Shown piece after piece: positions 1 through 9,586 of a stretch of 64,000 nucleotides of DNA. Made by a program: the position numbers and the translations under genes. Source of the DNA: Thermoplasmatales archaeon SW_10_69_26 (GTDB lineage Archaea > Thermoplasmatota > SW-10-69-26); contig PXUB01000038.1 in NCBI GenBank assembly GCA_003009755.1, positions 1 through 64,000 on the forward strand, given 5' to 3'. The notes beneath the pieces were generated by a model, which worked only from the letters and a program-made list of their open reading frames with translations, was not told the DNA's origin and did not search any database. Position 1 is the first letter of the stretch. Every line of letters starts with the position of its first letter.

Positions 1-480
1 AGCCGACCGGCTGCGACGAGAGTACGAGCGCCACCGGCGCTCGTACGAAATTTCGAGGTCGACGGCGACAACGCTTGCCACAGGCGGACTTGTAGAACTC
101 ATGTCGTCGCCGCCTGAGGGCGGCCCCGCCGTGAGGGGGTCACGGAGACCGCTCCCTCTCGATTTGGTGAACATTTCCTGGCCACCCGCTCGTGGGGGGA
201 GACCGTGGGACCCGAAATGTTCTGGTGCGCCGGCCTGAAGCGGGCAATCTCTTCGTCGCCCTCCGCCGTACAACCCGCGAGGGTTGGTTTCCGCGGGCTC
301 TGTGACCGTGCCATGCTCATTCGTACGAGCCCTCCGGGCTCGTAGGCTCGGGAGATCGTCCCCGGTCTCCCGAGACCGGCGCGAGAGCCTAAGCAAAACA
401 AGACCGGCAGTCTAGCATATGAGCCAAGCCAAAGCTTGAGTCGGGGGGACCGAGGGAGGCGGGGGGTGAGGTCCCCGCCA
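1..480. ncRNA. Putative structured non-coding RNA or hairpin cluster (may extend left of the window)
   Basis: No credible ORF. Many inverted repeats: GTACGAGCG/CGCTCGTAC (22-46), GAACATTTC/GAAATGTTC (169-222) enclosing inner stems, CAACCC-GCGA-GGGTTG, TACGAGCCC/GGGCTCGTA, CCGGTCTC/GAGACCGG, terminal GGCGGGG/CCCCGCC. Family not recognised. Confidence 0.4.
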
Positions 481-1733
481 TGCCGACACGAGGTCACGCC
501 CGGCCCAGCCACGGCCCGCACGCGCTCGAGGCCCCGTCACGGGGCGCCCACGGCATCCGGACGCCCGCTCGCCGGCGGACCACCGCCGAGCCCGGGACCC
601 GGACGTCTGCGTTCGACGAGACCCACTTCGCCCAGACGCCGGACTTCACGGTCGGCGTCGAGGAGGAGCTGGTGCTCGTCGATCCCGACGACGGCCGCCT
701 GGTCGACCGCCCGGAGCCGATCGAGGCCGACGTGGCCGCCGGCGGAGACCGTCTGCAGACCGAGATCTTCGCCTCCACGGTCGAGACGACGACCCCGGTC
801 TGCGGGGACGCGATCGAGCTCGGCCGACAGATGCGCCGGTTGCGCGGCCGCGTGGCGGAGGCCGCCCGAGACCAAGGCCTCGCCGTCGCCGCCACCGGCA
901 CCCACCCCTTCGCGCGCTGGGAACGCGAGACCACGACCGAAGCCGACCGCTACGACGAGCTCGTCGAGGAGCTCCAGCTACCGATGCGCAGCGACCTCGT
1001 GTTCGGCCAGCACGTGCACGTCTCCGTCGGCTCGCCCGAAGCCGCGATCCGCGTCACCAACGACCTGTGCACCTTCCTACCCCTCCTCGCCGCGGTGTCG
1101 ACCAACGCCCCATTCTGGCGCGGCATGGACACCGGGCTGGCCTCGGCCCGCCTGAACGTCTCCGAGGGCATGCCCCGCAGCGGGCTCCCGCCCACGTTCC
1201 CCGACTGGGACACCTTCGCCGCGCACATCGGCCACCTCGAGGCGGTGGACGCGCTCGAAGACATGACGAAGGTCTGGTGGGACGTCCGCCCGCGGCCCGA
1301 CCTGGGCACCGTCGAGGTCCGCATCGCCGACCTCCCCACCCGCGTCGAGACGAGCATCGCCGTCGCCGCGCTCACGCAAGCGATCGTCGTCCACCTGGCC
1401 CGAACCCCCGATCGAGACCCGATCCTTCCCGAACCCCCCGCGATCGTGACCGAGAACCGCTGGCGAGCGGTCCGCCACGGCGTCCACGCCCGCTTCGTCG
1501 AACCCCAGGCCGACGGCCAGGCCCGCCTGCGCACGGTCCCGGAGACGCTGGACCGCGTCCTCACGGGACTGGCGGACACGATCGGCCGGCTCGGCATCGA
1601 GACGCAGGCCCGGCGCCTGCGCTCGATCGTGCAAGAGGGCCGCACCGGCGCCGACCGACAACGGGCCGTGTACGCTCGGGAGGGAGATCTGCGCGCCGTC
1701 GTGGCCGACCTCGCCGATCGCACCGTGCCTTGA
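480..1733 (+). CDS. Glutamate-cysteine ligase family 2 (GCS2/YbdK-like carboxylate-amine ligase), paralog 1; true start may be downstream
   Basis: Motifs FTVGVEEEL, GTHPF, FGQHVHV, STNAPFW, WWDVRP-GTVEVR, ENRWRAVRHG. Confidence 0.9.
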   Translation: MPTRGHARPSHGPHALEAPSRGAHGIRTPARRRTTAEPGTRTSAFDETHFAQTPDFTVGVEEELVLVDPDDGRLVDRPEPIEADVAAGGDRLQTEIFASTVETTTPVCGDAIELGRQMRRLRGRVAEAARDQGLAVAATGTHPFARWERETTTEADRYDELVEELQLPMRSDLVFGQHVHVSVGSPEAAIRVTNDLCTFLPLLAAVSTNAPFWRGMDTGLASARLNVSEGMPRSGLPPTFPDWDTFAAHIGHLEAVDALEDMTKVWWDVRPRPDLGTVEVRIADLPTRVETSIAVAALTQAIVVHLARTPDRDPILPEPPAIVTENRWRAVRHGVHARFVEPQADGQARLRTVPETLDRVLTGLADTIGRLGIETQARRLRSIVQEGRTGADRQRAVYAREGDLRAVVADLADRTVP

Positions 1734-1833
1734 CCCCCCGTTTCGAGGTCGAGATGCTCGTGCGACCCGGAGGGAAACCTTCGAGTCCCTGGAGCCTCCT
1801 CCATGGTACGATGGTACGAGGCTACGGGGCGAG

Positions 1834-2964
1834 GTGGAGGTTGTGACGGCGTTCGGCGAGACCGATCCATACACGCTCGGCGTGGAAGAGGAGTTCCAGA
1901 TCCTCGACCCCGACGACTTCGGGCTCGTCTCCCGAGCCGACGAGATCCTCGGCAAAGGGACCGACTACGAGGAGAACCTCCGCACCGAGCTGTTCCAGGC
2001 CGTCGTCGAGACCGCCTCCGACGTCTGCCAGGACGTCGACGAGGTTCGCGAGGAGGTGCACCGCCTTCGTCGGGGATTAGCGGATGTCATCGAAGACAAA
2101 GGCTACAAGATCGCCGCGGCCGGCACGCACCCGTTCGCGCTCTGGGAGGACCAAGACCACACCGAGAGCGACCGATACGAGGACCTGATCGACGAGGTCG
2201 GCTGGCCCGCTCGCCGCGACCTGATCTTCGGGTTGCACGTCCACGTCGCCGTCCGCAACCCGGGCGAAGCCATCTACGTCAACAACCACATCCGTCCGTT
2301 CCTGCCGCTCGTGCTCGCCTTGTCTGCCAACTCCCCGTTCTGGCAGGCCGAGGAGACCGGCCTCATGGCCACGCGGACCCGCATCTTCGACGCCATGCCG
2401 CGCACCGGCATGCCGACGCGGTTCGCCAACTGGACCGACTTCACCCAAACCCTGGAACGCCTGAAAGCGGTCGGCTCGATCGAAGACGTCACGAGGATCT
2501 GGTGGGACACCCGTCCCCGACCCGACCTGGGGACCGTCGAGATCCGCATGGCGGACCTGCCGACGGACCCCCGCATCACGATCGCTCTCACCGCGCTCAT
2601 CCAGGCCCTCGTCGTCCGGCTGTCCCGCGCCCACCGAGCCGGGGAACAGCCGCCGGTCCGGCACGAGGCCGACATCATCGAGGAGAACCGCTGGCGAGCG
2701 ATCAAGGACGGCATCCACGCCGAGTTCATCCAGTACGACAACGTCGACGGCGTCGAACGCATGCCGATCGACCGGGTGCTCTCGTCCACGATCGACCACC
2801 TGGCCGAGGTGCCCCGCGAGCTCGGCATCAAGGAAGAGCTCTCGCTCCTCGTCGACCGGGCCGAACGTAGCGAAGCCGGCGCCGACCGTCAGCTGGCGGT
2901 CCGCGAACGCGAGGGGTCCCTGCAGGCCGTCGCAGGCGACCTCGCCGACCGCACCGTCCCCTAA
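1834..2964 (+). CDS. Glutamate-cysteine ligase family 2 (GCS2/YbdK-like), paralog 2
   Basis: Motifs YTLGVEEEF, GTHPF, FGLHVHV, SANSPFW, WWDTRP-GTVEIR, ENRWRAIKDG. Confidence 0.92.
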   Translation: MEVVTAFGETDPYTLGVEEEFQILDPDDFGLVSRADEILGKGTDYEENLRTELFQAVVETASDVCQDVDEVREEVHRLRRGLADVIEDKGYKIAAAGTHPFALWEDQDHTESDRYEDLIDEVGWPARRDLIFGLHVHVAVRNPGEAIYVNNHIRPFLPLVLALSANSPFWQAEETGLMATRTRIFDAMPRTGMPTRFANWTDFTQTLERLKAVGSIEDVTRIWWDTRPRPDLGTVEIRMADLPTDPRITIALTALIQALVVRLSRAHRAGEQPPVRHEADIIEENRWRAIKDGIHAEFIQYDNVDGVERMPIDRVLSSTIDHLAEVPRELGIKEELSLLVDRAERSEAGADRQLAVREREGSLQAVAGDLADRTVP

Positions 2965-2993
2965 AGCCCCCAGCACCTTTCCCGCGCGGTCGG

Positions 2994-4160
2994 ATGCGGG
3001 CGTCGATGCCCGAGCCCGAGCTCCTCGAGTGCGGCCACTGCGGTCGCGAGGCCGACGCCGGCGAGCTGCAGACGACCTGCCCGGATGATGGACGGCCCTG
3101 GCTGGCTCGCTACGACCTCGAGGCGATCGCCGCCGGGCACGAGCTGGCCGACCTAGCCGGCGGCCGCAACGACCTCTGGCGCTACGAGCCCGTGCTGCCC
3201 ACGGTCGCGCCCGAGAACCGGGCCTCGCTGGGCGCGGGCCACACCCCGCTCGTCGACGCGCCGCGCGTCGGGGACGAGCTGGGACTGGACCAGGTGCTCG
3301 TCAAGGACGAGGGCCACAACCCGACGGGCACGTTCAAGGCCCGCGGCATGGAGATGGCGATGAGCCGCGCCCTCGAGCTGGGCGCCGAGCGCTTCGCCGT
3401 GCCCACCGCCGGCAACGCGGGGGCCGCGATGGCCGCCTACGCCGCCCGCGCCGGCGTGCCCGCCCGCCTGTTCGTGCCCGAGGACGCCGACGACAGCGTG
3501 TTCGAGCGCGCCGAGGACTTCGCCGCCGAGATCGAGACCGTCGACGGGCTCATCACCGACGCCGGCGACGCCTGCAGCGAGTACGTCGAAGCCCACGACG
3601 ACGTGTTTGACCTCTCCACGCTCAAGGAGCCCTACCGCCTGGAGGGCAAGAAGACGATGGGCTACGAGCTGGCCGCCCAGCTCGACGGCGAGCTGCCGGA
3701 CGTGATCGTGTATCCGACCGGGGGCGGCACGGGCCTCATCGGCATGTGGAAGGCCTTCGCCGAGATGGAGGAGATGGGCTGGATCGCCGGCGACAAGCCC
3801 CGCATGGTGAGCGCCCAAGCCGCCGGCTGCGCCCCGATCGTGGAAGCCCTGGAGGCTGGTGCCGAGTTCGCCGAAGCCCCCGAGAACCCGCACACCGATG
3901 CTGGCGGGCTGCGCGTGCCCGAGGCCGTGGGCGATTTCCTCATCCTGGAGACGATCCGCGACAGCGGCGGCGCCGCCGTCGCCGTCACCGACGAGGAGAT
4001 CCACGACGCCAAGGACCGCATGCCTCGCGCCAGCGGCGTCTCCGCCTGCACCGAGTCGGCGGCCACGCTCGCCGCGCTCGAGGCGATGGTCGACGAGGAC
4101 GTCGTCGCCGAGGACGAGATGGTCGTGTTGTTCAACACGGGCGCCGGGTGGACCGGGTGA
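2994..4160 (+). CDS. thrC: Threonine synthase (PLP-dependent, N-terminal CxxC)
   Basis: GHTPL, KDEGHNPTGTFKARG (PLP lysine), TAGNAG, EGKKT, YPTGGGTG, FNTG. Confidence 0.85.
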   Translation: MRASMPEPELLECGHCGREADAGELQTTCPDDGRPWLARYDLEAIAAGHELADLAGGRNDLWRYEPVLPTVAPENRASLGAGHTPLVDAPRVGDELGLDQVLVKDEGHNPTGTFKARGMEMAMSRALELGAERFAVPTAGNAGAAMAAYAARAGVPARLFVPEDADDSVFERAEDFAAEIETVDGLITDAGDACSEYVEAHDDVFDLSTLKEPYRLEGKKTMGYELAAQLDGELPDVIVYPTGGGTGLIGMWKAFAEMEEMGWIAGDKPRMVSAQAAGCAPIVEALEAGAEFAEAPENPHTDAGGLRVPEAVGDFLILETIRDSGGAAVAVTDEEIHDAKDRMPRASGVSACTESAATLAALEAMVDEDVVAEDEMVVLFNTGAGWTG

Positions 4161-4205
4161 GGCGGCGACAACGTCGACAACACGGCGGCGGGGTCGAGCA
4201 GTCGC

Positions 4206-4877
4206 TCACCGCGTCGCGCGCAGGAACACGAACCCCCCCGCGCAGACGAGGGCGACCAGCGGCGCGCTGAGGCCGGCCGCCAACGCCGGACCGGAGAGGA
4301 TCAGGGCCTCGATCTCCCGGGCGACGAGGAGCGAAGCCAGCCCCCAGCCGACCGAGCCCGCGACACCGTAGATGACGGGCCCACCGAACCCGAGCCCGAG
4401 GGCGGCGAGGAGTCCGCGCTTCCCGTCCTCGTGGAACTCGACGAGCCGGTGGGCGCCCGCCAGAGCGAGGACCGCGGGTACCACCAGCAGGCCAGTTCCC
4501 ACGATCGCCATCACCATCGCCGTCTCCGGGTTCAATCGACTCCCCGGGTGCCCGCCAAGGAAGACAAGCAAGCCCGGGAAGAACCAGACCGCGGCCCCGA
4601 GGAGCGCGTGGACCCAGGCCGAGGAACCCGCGATCCCTCGCAGGGAGACGGTGTCGGTATCCGATGGCTCCGAAAGCAAGGCCACAAGGAAATCGATGGG
4701 TTCGGTGTAAAGCCTCACGGTTTCGTGTGGCAGCCGACCGCGGGGTTCGAGCCGACATCCGAGATCCCGTGAGACGATGCAGGACCGCGTCCGCGCGATC
4801 CACGGCTCGCTTGTCGACGAGCACGGCGAGCCGGTCCCACCCCGGGACGTGGCCCCGCTCGTGGCGCTCGTCGGCAC
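4206..4877 (-). CDS. Hypothetical multi-pass membrane protein (start uncertain)
   Basis: About four hydrophobic segments in the C-terminal 150 aa. Confidence 0.5.
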   Translation of the reverse strand: MPTSATSGATSRGGTGSPCSSTSEPWIARTRSCIVSRDLGCRLEPRGRLPHETVRLYTEPIDFLVALLSEPSDTDTVSLRGIAGSSAWVHALLGAAVWFFPGLLVFLGGHPGSRLNPETAMVMAIVGTGLLVVPAVLALAGAHRLVEFHEDGKRGLLAALGLGFGGPVIYGVAGSVGWGLASLLVAREIEALILSGPALAAGLSAPLVALVCAGGFVFLRATR

Positions 4878-4958
4878 GATCTTCTCCCAGCCGGTCCATC
4901 GTGGTCGTCATCTCGGCAGGCGGTGCATCGACGGAGCAAGACGGATGCCAGCCGTGTC

Positions 4959-5351
4959 TCAGTACGTTACGACATCGAGATCGGGAACTTGCTCGAAGTC
5001 GTTGACGTTCCGTGTCAGCACAGGGTGATCTTCGACGAGAGCCAGGCCCGCGATCTGGACGTCGATGGGGTCGAGCATCTCTCCCCGACGGACGAGTTGA
5101 CCAGAGATCCGGCCGGCTTGGCGGGCGTGCACGGTCTCGAACGATAGGACCGTGTAACTATCGAGAACGGTCTCGACCTTGGTTGCCTCCTTCCTCGGCC
5201 GATCGGCCCGTTCGATGCCTTCGAACAACTCGAAAACCGAGGGGCTGGGAACCCAGAGCAGCCGACCCCCCTCTTCGAGATCGCGTACCTTCTCCGATGC
5301 GTGATCGTCACGTCGGAGGAGATCGACGAGCACCGTTGTATCGAGGATCAC
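4959..5351 (-). CDS. vapC: VapC PIN-domain toxin
   Basis: MILDT, ELFEG, DVQIAG, TRNVNDF PIN acidic motifs. Confidence 0.92.
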   Translation of the reverse strand: MILDTTVLVDLLRRDDHASEKVRDLEEGGRLLWVPSPSVFELFEGIERADRPRKEATKVETVLDSYTVLSFETVHARQAGRISGQLVRRGEMLDPIDVQIAGLALVEDHPVLTRNVNDFEQVPDLDVVTY

Positions 5352-5578
5352 TCGAGATCCAGCTCCTCACGGCGGCGTTGGATCCGCTTTTCTCGGTTCG
5401 CCTCGACCGCGCTAGCTACGTCATCGGCGGCTTCCGAGTCCATGGCCTCGCCCAGCTCTGTCAGCGAGCGCGTCCGGGTCAGCCGGCGAACGACGTCGGT
5501 GAAGGACTCCCCCGGCCTCCGCATGGCCGATAGCGCCTCGTAGGCGTCCTCCGCGAGGCTGATCGTTCGAGTGCCCAT
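5348..5578 (-). CDS. vapB: Archaeal VapB antitoxin (76 aa)
   Basis: MGTRTISLAEDAYEAL...PGESFTDVVRRL; 4-bp overlap with vapC. Confidence 0.88.
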   Translation of the reverse strand: MGTRTISLAEDAYEALSAMRRPGESFTDVVRRLTRTRSLTELGEAMDSEAADDVASAVEANREKRIQRRREELDLE

Positions 5579-5714
5579 ATACTGTGTATGTGGGATCTGT
5601 GTATATGTAGATTGTTCTCTTGGGGGGCTGGCCCCGACTGCCAGCGCGATCTCTCTTGCCTCTCGAGGATGAACACTCCTAACGTCGGTCCCCAGCCTCG
5701 TCCCAAGGGGAGAA

Positions 5715-5845
5715 TCACCCTCCCTGTACTCTCCCACGCTGCGGAGGATGTCCTTCTGCAGGGCCTGGCTCTCGAGGAACGCCCGGGTTGCCTCGAGGCG
5801 CTCGACCTCCTCGACGGGGACCGCGACCACGTCTGCTTTCCGTCG
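5715..5845 (-). pseudogene. Remnant of a Phd/YefM-like antitoxin
   Basis: ADVVAVPVEEVERLEATRAFLESQALQKDILRSVGEYREG resembles the YefM C-terminal half; no start or stop of its own. Confidence 0.4.
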
Positions 5846-5925
5846 GTGATCGATGCTGGAGGCGATGAGTTCGGTCCCCGTTTTCTCGGGGTCCCCTTGG
5901 CCTCTTCGGCCCCCGGGTGCGGGTT

Positions 5926-6378
5926 CTACTCCGCGATCCAGCCCTCGTCGATCCGGTCGTAGTCGAGGATCTCGTCCTCGCTGAACCAGAGCTTGATCTC
6001 CTGCTGCGCCGTTTCCGGTGCATCGGAGCCGTGGATGACGTTGCGGCCGACGTCGAGCCCGAAGTCGCCGCGGATCGTGCCGGGCTGGGCGTCGAGCGGG
6101 TCCGTCTCGCCGGCCAGGCCGCGGACGGCCTGGATGGCGTTGGGGCCCTCGACGACCATGGCGACCACGGGGCCGCTGGTCACGTACTCGACGAGCCCGT
6201 CGAAGAACGGCTTGTCGCGGTGCTCCTCGTAGTGGGTCTCCGCGAGCTCCTGGTCGACGTCCACCGTCTCGATCGCGGCGAGCTTGAGGCCGCGGTCCTC
6301 GATGCGTTGGACGACCTCGCCGACGAGCCCGCGCTGGACGCCGTCGGGCTTGACCATGACGAAGGTGCGTTCGGTCAT
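5926..6378 (-). CDS. ndk: Nucleoside diphosphate kinase
   Basis: [32 protein letters not shown]. Confidence 0.98.
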   Translation of the reverse strand: MTERTFVMVKPDGVQRGLVGEVVQRIEDRGLKLAAIETVDVDQELAETHYEEHRDKPFFDGLVEYVTSGPVVAMVVEGPNAIQAVRGLAGETDPLDAQPGTIRGDFGLDVGRNVIHGSDAPETAQQEIKLWFSEDEILDYDRIDEGWIAE

Positions 6379-6381
6379 TGG

Positions 6382-6585
6382 TTAGCCCTGCGTCTCGCCT
6401 TTCTCGTGGTGGCGGGTCCACTCCTGGTACCGCGGCTCGCGGTCCAGGTCGATCATGTTCTTCTGGCACTTGCTGGAGCAGAAGGCGAACTGCTTGCCGG
6501 TCTTCTTGATGTACAGCGTGCCCGTACCCGGCTCGATCGGGTCACCGCAGAACGAGCAGATCCGGTGCTCGACCATCGGGGTCAC
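6382..6585 (-). CDS. rpl24e: 50S ribosomal protein L24e
   Basis: [22 protein letters not shown]. Confidence 0.96.
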   Translation of the reverse strand: MTPMVEHRICSFCGDPIEPGTGTLYIKKTGKQFAFCSSKCQKNMIDLDREPRYQEWTRHHEKGETQG

Positions 6586-6809
6586 CGAACTCCCAGCTTC
6601 TTGGCTTCTCGTGCCGTCTCGCGGAGCATCAGGATGTCGCCCTCGCGGATCGGACCCATCGCGTTTCGCGTGATGATCCGGCCCTCGTCGCGGCCCTCGA
6701 GGACGCGGACCTTGACCTGGGTCGCCTCGCCGGTCATCCCGGTGCGGCCGATGACCTCGACGACCTCGGAGGGGATGCCTTGCTCGCTATCCTCGTCACC
6801 TTCGGCCAT
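6582..6809 (-). CDS. rps28e: 30S ribosomal protein S28e
   Basis: [39 protein letters not shown]. Confidence 0.97.
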   Translation of the reverse strand: MAEGDEDSEQGIPSEVVEVIGRTGMTGEATQVKVRVLEGRDEGRIITRNAMGPIREGDILMLRETAREAKKLGVR

Positions 6810-6815
6810 CGGTCA

Positions 6816-7184
6816 TCACTCCTTGAGGCTCTCGACCTGCTCGGAGACCTGGTTGATCAGGTCGGCCGAGCGGCCGGGGTCGGTGATCGCCACGGCGGAG
6901 GTGGCGACCTCGAGACCGGCGCTGACGCCGAGCTCGTCCTTGCTGTGGACGTACGTGTACGGCACGTCCTTCTCCTCGCACAGCAGCGGAACGTGGGCGA
7001 GGACCTCTTCCGGCTGGACGTCCTGGGCCATCACGACGAGATCGGCCTCGCCGCGCTCGACGGCCTTGGTGACCTCGTTGGCGCCCTTCGAGACGTCACC
7101 AGAGTCGCGGGCGTTCTCGACGCTCTCGTAGGACTTGTCCTGCAGCTCTCGCGGGGCTTCGAAACGAACGTACATCGCGGCCAT
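6816..7184 (-). CDS. rpl7ae: 50S ribosomal protein L7Ae
   Basis: KGANEVTKAVERG, DVQPEEVLAHVPLLCEEK. Confidence 0.97.
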   Translation of the reverse strand: MAAMYVRFEAPRELQDKSYESVENARDSGDVSKGANEVTKAVERGEADLVVMAQDVQPEEVLAHVPLLCEEKDVPYTYVHSKDELGVSAGLEVATSAVAITDPGRSADLINQVSEQVESLKE

Positions 7185-7223
7185 GCCATCATCTCCTATC
7201 GGATCGCAGCTTGGCGCGCAGGC

Positions 7224-7249
7224 GCCTCGGCTCGGGGAGCCTCATCGGC
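7224..7249 (-). promoter_or_regulatory. K-turn in the rpl7ae 5' UTR (L7Ae autoregulation site)
   Basis: Minus strand reads gcc-GAU-GA-ggcuc-ccc-gagcc-GA-ggc: C-stem, 3-nt bulge, tandem G.A pairs, NC-stem. Confidence 0.75.
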
Positions 7250-7307
7250 TGCGTGACCCCTGACACGCCAGGGGGGTTATTTCAGCGTTGGGGGCTCGGC
7301 TGGCACC

Positions 7308-8213
7308 TTATCCATCCAGCGCGTCGGCCAGCTCCACGGTGCGGCGGGCCTGCTGGATGAGCGGGCGATCGATCATGCGCCCCTCGTGGGCGATGACGCC
7401 GCCCTCCTCGATGTCGGCTTCGTCGACGGCGGCCAGCAGATCGCGAGCCTCGGCGATCTCGTCCCCGTCGGGCGTGAACACGTCGTGCACCGGCTCGATC
7501 TGGTCGGGGTGGATGATCTGTTTGCCGACGTAGCCGAGATCGCGCCCCTCGATCGCCTCCTCGCGGAGGGCCTCGAGATCCTCGTAGTCGACGTGCACCT
7601 GGTCGATGGCCTGCACCTCGCCCAGCGCGGCGGCCAGCACGACGCGCGAGCGAGCGTACAACACCTCTCGGTTCGAGCGGCTTCGGCGAGCGCCGACGCT
7701 GGCGGCGAAGTCCTCGGCGCCGAACACGAGAGCGGTCACGCGATCGACCGTGCCGGCAGCCTCGCCGATCGCTAGCGCGTGGGCGACGCCGGGCGCGGTC
7801 TCCAACTGGGCGAGGACCTCGATCGAGCCCTCTTCGACGTCGTGCTCGGCCTCGGCGGTCACCAGCCGGCCCTCGACCGTCCGCAGCTGGCCGGGGGACT
7901 CGACCTTCGGGACGACGATCGTGTCCGGCTCGGCTTGGACGGCGGCTTCGACGTCCGCCATGAACCACTGCGTGTCGATCCCGTTGACGCGGATGCAGCC
8001 TTCGGCCTCAGCTCCCTCCTCGTCGAGACCAGCCAAGGTCTCTTGCACCGCCTCGCGGGCCTGCTTTTTGTCCTCGGGCCCGACGGCGTCCTCGAGGTCC
8101 CCGACGACTATGTCGGGGCCCTCGGCCATCGTGAGCGCCTTCTCGACGCGGTCCGGTTGCGTCGCCGGCGTGTACATCATCGACCGGCGCGGGCGGAAGC
8201 TGGGTTCGGCCAT
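7308..8213 (-). CDS. CitE-family (HpcH/HpaI) CoA-ester lyase
   Basis: RRSMMYTP, DLEDAV, IRVNG, PKVES, LET..G, FGAEDF, GKQIIHPDQI. Confidence 0.9.
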   Translation of the reverse strand: MAEPSFRPRRSMMYTPATQPDRVEKALTMAEGPDIVVGDLEDAVGPEDKKQAREAVQETLAGLDEEGAEAEGCIRVNGIDTQWFMADVEAAVQAEPDTIVVPKVESPGQLRTVEGRLVTAEAEHDVEEGSIEVLAQLETAPGVAHALAIGEAAGTVDRVTALVFGAEDFAASVGARRSRSNREVLYARSRVVLAAALGEVQAIDQVHVDYEDLEALREEAIEGRDLGYVGKQIIHPDQIEPVHDVFTPDGDEIAEARDLLAAVDEADIEEGGVIAHEGRMIDRPLIQQARRTVELADALDG

Positions 8214-8551
8214 GGCGTGCCGGTCTGGGGGAGGCCGCGAACCGTCCTAAAGCTGACGATTCGGCTCCAAAGAGCGCAAAGAGGGGGAAACGACGGTGAT
8301 AGATGCCACAGGATCGGTGTCTCCAGAGGGCTTGGCGCGGTCGGAACGTGCGCTGATGGCGCCTCGTGGTCGGGAGATCCGCCGCCACGGATCGCGGTCT
8401 CGGCTCTCCCTCGGCGGGCGACAAAGCCAGCTCCCGTTCCCTGGCCTCGCCGAGGGCTGTTCCTCCACCGATGGCCCGTCCCAGCTGTGTGCATCCTCCG
8501 TGACTTCGCGCCTTCGTGTGACGTGTGAGGGCTCCGTGTCCTCCGACCGCT

Positions 8552-9016
8552 CTACCCGTCCTCCACCAGCTCGTCGTCCTCGCACTCGACCATCGCGGTC
8601 CGCTGGAACCGGCACACGACCTCGTCGTCCTGGTTCGTCGCCACCGTCTGGAACTCGACGATGCCGCGACCAGGGGAGCTGGTCAACCGTTTCCCCAGGA
8701 CCTCGCTCTCGGCCCGGATCGTGTCCCCGTGGAAGACCGGGTTCGGGTGCTCGACGTGCTCGTAGTCGAGGTTGGCCACGATCGTGCCCTCGGTCAGGTC
8801 CGGCACGCTGAGCCCGACCGCCAGCGAGAACGTCAGCAAACCGTTCACGACCGGCTCCCCGAACTCCGTCTCACCGGCGAACTCGTGGTCCAGGTGCAAG
8901 GGCTGGGTGTTCATCGTCATCGAGCAGAACATCACGTTGTCGGCCTCGGTGATCGTGCGGCCGGGCTCGTGCTCGAAGGTTTGCCCCTCCTCGAACTCCT
9001 CGTAGTACAGGCCCAC
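8552..9016 (-). CDS. MaoC-family dehydratase
   Basis: GLYYEEFEEG, GRTITEADN, NTQPLHLD, PVFHGDTI; GTG start inferred. Confidence 0.9.
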   Translation of the reverse strand: MGLYYEEFEEGQTFEHEPGRTITEADNVMFCSMTMNTQPLHLDHEFAGETEFGEPVVNGLLTFSLAVGLSVPDLTEGTIVANLDYEHVEHPNPVFHGDTIRAESEVLGKRLTSSPGRGIVEFQTVATNQDDEVVCRFQRTAMVECEDDELVEDG

Positions 9017-9122
9017 GTGGCGACCTCCGTTCGTCCGGCACGAGAGGGTTCCCCGGTGAAAACCCTGGCCGCGATCCGATCGACTCCCCAAGGCATTAAC
9101 CGGCTCCTGGGCGTCACGGGGT

Positions 9123-9575
9123 GTGAAGCTCGGCATGATGGAACGCGTCGCGGTGGGAACGCTGCTGGTGTTGGGGCTGATGTTGGCGCCGTCCGCGGGG
9201 GCGATCGCTGACGATTCTTGGGTGACCGAAGCCTCCGGGCTCGTCACCGAGCAGACGGACCGCTGCGAGCGGCAAGGAGAGAACGGGTCCAGCACCGAGT
9301 TGGTCTACGACCACGACCGTCGGCGCTTCTTCGTGACGATCGACGGGTGCGGGTCCCTGACGTGGGGGAACCTCGACACCTCGCTGACGGCCAACGTCGA
9401 GGAGACCGGCGACGAGTGCACGACGGCCTCGGATGGCACGATCAGCTGTGAGGCCTCCTACGGACCCGACCGTAACCTCTCGTTCGAGCTGGGCCCCGAC
9501 GGTGGCTTCGAGCTGGTTTTCGCCGAGGACGACCCGTTCGTCTTCACCGGGGACCTCGTCCGCGTCGACGGTTGA
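9123..9575 (+). CDS. Hypothetical secreted protein
   Basis: N-terminal signal peptide (..APSAGA), acidic beta-rich mature part with 4 Cys. Confidence 0.7.
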   Translation: MKLGMMERVAVGTLLVLGLMLAPSAGAIADDSWVTEASGLVTEQTDRCERQGENGSSTELVYDHDRRRFFVTIDGCGSLTWGNLDTSLTANVEETGDECTTASDGTISCEASYGPDRNLSFELGPDGGFELVFAEDDPFVFTGDLVRVDG

Positions 9576-9586
9576 CCTCTCTCGGC

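Noticed and set aside
100-480. RNase P, SRP RNA, tmRNA or raiA-motif RNA
   Set aside because: No GAGGAAAGUCC/AACAGAA or SRP helix-8 motif. Only a short AATGAGCATGG resemblance to the raiA motif on the minus strand, which is insufficient.
2994-4160. Cysteate synthase linked to sulfonate or sulfation chemistry
   Set aside because: Cannot be distinguished from threonine synthase by eye, and there are no supporting neighbours.
5348-6469. 373-aa ORF fused to vapB
   Set aside because: It is a read-through frame across ndk; only the last 76 aa form a credible VapB.
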